Position numbers and translations under genes: made by a program. A DNA stretch of 64,000 nt from Methanobacteriota archaeon (lineage in GTDB: Archaea; Halobacteriota; Bog-38; Methanoflorentales; Methanoflorentaceae), in NCBI GenBank assembly GCA_963720465.1, contig OY970393.1:2208001-2272000 (forward strand), read 5' to 3'. Positions 60,669-64,000 of this stretch are shown here, one piece after another. The notes under the pieces were generated by a model that ran no database searches, was not told the DNA's origin, and was given only the letters and a program-made list of their open reading frames with translations. Positions within the stretch are counted from its first letter, which is position 1. Every line of letters starts with the position of its first letter.

Positions 60669-61967
60669 CTAAATATGTCGCAGGTCGATGACCTTCTGCG
60701 ACTTTCCCGATGACCGAGGCAGGGTGCCTCGTTCCACGAGTTCCACCTTTGCGTTAACCATGAGCACATCGCGGAGCTGCTTCGCGACCCGTTCTTCCAG
60801 CTGCATCAACGCGCCGACTCGGTCGCTCAGCGTGCTCTCCGTTACTTCAATCTTAACCGCCATGACGTCCATGGGGCCGGCTCGGTCGACCACGATCTGG
60901 AAGTGGTCACCGACTTCCGGAATTTGCATGAGCACCGATTCGATCTGGCTCGGAAACACGTTCACGCCTCTGACCACGATCATATCGTCAACGCGCCCTT
61001 GAATGCGCATGATTCTCGGATGGGTCCGACCACACTCGCACTCTTCCCACACCAGCGAGGTGATACCACCCATCTCGACCGGATGAGCGGCAGGGCTTCC
61101 TTTGACAGCGTCGTGACAACGAGTTCGCCTTTTTCGCCCTCTTCGACGGGGCTGCCATAATCGTCGACGATCTCGATCAAGAAGTGATCCGCCCACGCGT
61201 GGATGCCATTCTGAGCGGAACATTCGGTAAAGAGCGGACCGCTCATCTCAGACGTGCCGTAGATGTCATAGGCCTTGATCCCAAGGTTCTGCTCGATGCG
61301 TGTGCGCGATTCTAGCGACCAGGGCTCGGCTCCAAGGATGCCCGCTCGCAGTCGCGTCTGCGATGCTATGTCGATGTTCATTGACTCGGCGACTTCACCG
61401 ATGTGGAGCAGATACGAGGGCGTGCACGCGATCGCCGTCGTTCCCAGGTCTTTCATGAGGCTTATCTGTCACGTCGTGGTGCCAGCGCCTACAGGGAGGA
61501 CGGCTGCGCCAATCTGCTCGACGCCGTAATGAAGGCCAAGCCCTCCCGTAAACAATCCATAGGCGTAGGCGACTTGGACGACGTCACCGCGCCCGAGCCC
61601 GCACGCGGTCAGCGAGCGCGCCAAGCAGGTCGTCCAAACGTCAATGTCGTTGGCGCTGTAGCCGACAACGGTCGGGACGCCTGTCGTACCGCTTGAAACG
61701 TGAAATCGCACGATCTGGCTCTGTGGCACTGAGAACATGCCGGTCGGATAGGTGTCCCGCAGATCGGTCTTGTGCGTGAACGGCAGCTGCTGGATATCCT
61801 CGAGTGATCGTATGTCGTGCGGAGAAACGCCGGCTGCCGCAAAACGCTTCTTGTAGAAACTGGAGTATTCGTACGCGTTTTCGACTAACCGTCTAAGCTT
61901 GCGTTCTTGCAGCTGTTTGAGCTCTTCCGCGGACAATCGTTCGACTTTCGGGTTCCAGTACCTCCAT
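60669..61967 (-). pseudogene. paaK: Phenylacetate-CoA ligase family pseudogene
   Basis: SSGTTG, YGLFTGGLG, DIYGTSE, GRVDDM, RGVNVFP; frameshift near 61961, in-frame TGA at 61469-61471, frameshift near 61075. Confidence 0.88.
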
Positions 61968-62402
61968 GGCGATATCAGCCTCTCTCAATCTGGCACGTAC
62001 TCAATGCCATTTTAGTACTTTAACGTTATGAGTCGCAGCATGCAGTCTAACAGCCCGTCAGGGGCGTTAGGGCGCTCCAAAAGTGCATCAAGGAATGTTG
62101 AACAGCTCGGGCAGCGGCTCTGGCAGTGACCAAGGATGGTGAAGTATTGTGCGTTCGCCGCACAGCGATCTAAGCTTGGCGCGGCTCAGTTTCTCGGTCT
62201 TGTGGTTTCCTGAGAGCGGCGTGTAATCAGTTAGGTCTTGCCATGGATGCCCTCTGTCTCGAGTGAGCGCGCGAAGAATGCTGACCACGTTATACTACCG
62301 AGTAATATATCAACAAGTTATATATAGAAACTGAAACTACTAAATAATACACACAAATGTGCTGAGTGCGCTTAAACCCACTCACGTGCTTTTTATGCCC
62401 TC

Positions 62403-63395
62403 GTGATCAAAATGAAAGCCATCGAAACAAAAGATCTCGTAAAGCGGTTTGAAGACGTTGAAGCCGTGAAAGGAATCAATTTGGAAATTGAAGAAGGGGA
62501 GCTTTTCGGGCTGCTCGGACCCAACGGAGCCGGCAAGACGACGACCATCTCCATGCTGTGCACCATTACGAAGCCCACGAGCGGCTCAGCGAGCGTCTTC
62601 GGGCACGACGTGAAAAAAGAATCCAGCACCGTGCGCGGAATGATAGGCATCGTGTTTCAGGACCCCAGTCTCGACGATAACCTCACCGGGAAGGAAAACC
62701 TCGACTTCCACGGCCGGCTCTACAAGGTGCCCAGAAATGAAATTTCCGGGAGAATCCGCGACGTTCTCGAGCTCGTTGAACTCGCCGATAAGGCGAACGT
62801 GATCGTTAAGAAGTATTCTGGTGGTATGAAGCGGCGGTTGGAGATCGCGCGCGGCCTGCTTCACCACCCTAAGGTGCTCTTTCTCGATGAGCCCACGCTC
62901 GGGCTTGACCCGCAGACCCGGCTTCATATCTGGGAGTACATAGAGAAGCTCAATAGAGAAAAGAAGATCACGATGATCCTAACCACGCACTACATGGACG
63001 AAGCCGATAAGTTGTGCGACCGCATCGCCATTATCGACCACGGGAAGATCGTTGCGATGGACACTCCCGAGAACCTTAAACACGACGTTGGCGGCGACGT
63101 CGTGACCATGACGGTGCCACACGGGAGTGAGCAGCTCAAGACTAAACTCGAACAGCTCGAATTCGTGAAGTCGAGCCAACTCGTTGACGGCACATTGAGG
63201 CTCAGCGTCGACAAAGGCGACACCGCGATACCGATTTTCATGGACGTGGCGCGTCAAGAGGGGATCCCCGTGCCCTCGATTTCGCTTCACGAGCCCACGC
63301 TGGAGGACATCTTCATCAAGTACACGGGACGGGAGATTCGGGCTCAGGAGGCCGCGAGCGGGTTCGCTGCGTTCCACGGCCCGGGGAGACGCTAG
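62403..63395 (+). CDS. ABC transporter ATP-binding protein (DrrA-like)
   Basis: GPNGAGKTT, YSGGM, FLDEPT, TTHYM, PTLEDIF. Confidence 0.95.
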   Translation: MIKMKAIETKDLVKRFEDVEAVKGINLEIEEGELFGLLGPNGAGKTTTISMLCTITKPTSGSASVFGHDVKKESSTVRGMIGIVFQDPSLDDNLTGKENLDFHGRLYKVPRNEISGRIRDVLELVELADKANVIVKKYSGGMKRRLEIARGLLHHPKVLFLDEPTLGLDPQTRLHIWEYIEKLNREKKITMILTTHYMDEADKLCDRIAIIDHGKIVAMDTPENLKHDVGGDVVTMTVPHGSEQLKTKLEQLEFVKSSQLVDGTLRLSVDKGDTAIPIFMDVARQEGIPVPSISLHEPTLEDIFIKYTGREIRAQEAASGFAAFHGPGRR

Positions 63396-63397
63396 CG

Positions 63398-64000
63398 ATG
63401 CCAGACGGACGAATGGCTTTTTTGGGTGACATCTATTCGATCTGGCTCCGGGAGATGACCCGGTACGTAAGAGCCCGGTCGCGGGTCGTTACCTCGCTTA
63501 TAACTCCCCTGCTGTGGCTCATCATATTCGGGACCGGATTTAGCTCCGCCTTGTCGTTCCCTGGAGCAAGCGGCACGACGAATTACATAAACTTCCTCGC
63601 GCCTGGGATCCTCGGCATGATAGTGCTCTTCACCTCGATATTCTCAGGGATGAGCGTGATGTTCGACAAAGAATTCGGTTTTCTGAAAGAAATTCTCGTC
63701 GCCCCCGTTTCGCGGACGTCTATCGTCATCGGAAAGGCTCTCGGGGGAACGACGCAAGCGTCAATACAGGCCCTGCTGATACTCGCCCTTTCCACGTTCA
63801 TCGGGGTGAAAATATCGAGCACGCTCGGACTCGCAGGCGCCATCGCGCTCATACTCGTGTGCATATTCTTTCTCGGCATGGGTTTTGTCGGGTTTGGAAT
63901 TAGCATCGCCTCTCGGCTCGAGAATATCGAGGGCTTTCAAGTCGTCGCTAACCTTCTCGTGCTGCCCATCTTCTTCCTGAGCGGCGCATTCTTCCCGGTC
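63398..64000 (+). CDS. ABC-2 type permease (runs off window end)
   Basis: Manual translation IWLREM...FLAPGILGM...DKEFGFLKEILVAPVSR..IVIGK. Confidence 0.9.
   Translation, partial: MPDGRMAFLGDIYSIWLREMTRYVRARSRVVTSLITPLLWLIIFGTGFSSALSFPGASGTTNYINFLAPGILGMIVLFTSIFSGMSVMFDKEFGFLKEILVAPVSRTSIVIGKALGGTTQASIQALLILALSTFIGVKISSTLGLAGAIALILVCIFFLGMGFVGFGISIASRLENIEGFQVVANLLVLPIFFLSGAFFPV

Noticed and set aside
61469-61471. Selenocysteine recoding of the in-frame TGA in paaK
   Set aside because: The position corresponds to Arg (CGA to TGA), not Cys, and the gene has other frameshifts.
62088-62288. 66-aa ORF between paaK and the ABC transporter
   Set aside because: No motif or RBS support; cannot be distinguished from chance.

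Overview
Archaeal chromosomal window, most consistent with a Halobacteriota (Methanomicrobia-like) lineage. This is inferred from Rpo4, aIF2-beta-TRAM, the Nop5/fibrillarin pair, methanogenesis marker 14, beta-RFAP synthase and the archaeal S10/spc gene order. Bases 1-10.5 kb are translation/RNA-modification housekeeping genes and include a previously uncalled decayed trmY next to pus10. Bases 10.7-17.4 kb form a cell-surface locus: GT4, polysaccharide deacetylase, an archaeosortase-family protein, an Ig-repeat secreted protein and a lipoprotein. Bases 20-36 kb are the intact ribosomal superoperon through secY-adk-cmk-cbf5. Bases 36-49 kb hold cobamide, purine, protease and methanogenesis-marker genes. 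Bases 49.3-52.4 kb are an AT-rich island with two tandem minimal tyrosine recombinases (one intact, one broken) surrounded by seven copies of an AACTCTCACTTTT-type motif in converging orientation; this is the best candidate for an undescribed system. Bases 53-64 kb carry an orphan-looking N4C/N6A DNA methyltransferase, two paralogous secreted Cys/Thr-rich proteins, peroxiredoxin/rhodanese/MBL genes, a decayed paaK-ACT operon and an ABC exporter. Frameshifts fall in accessory genes and none occur in about 15 kb of ribosomal genes. No rRNA, tRNA or CRISPR array was recognised. All calls come from reading the sequence; no searches were run.
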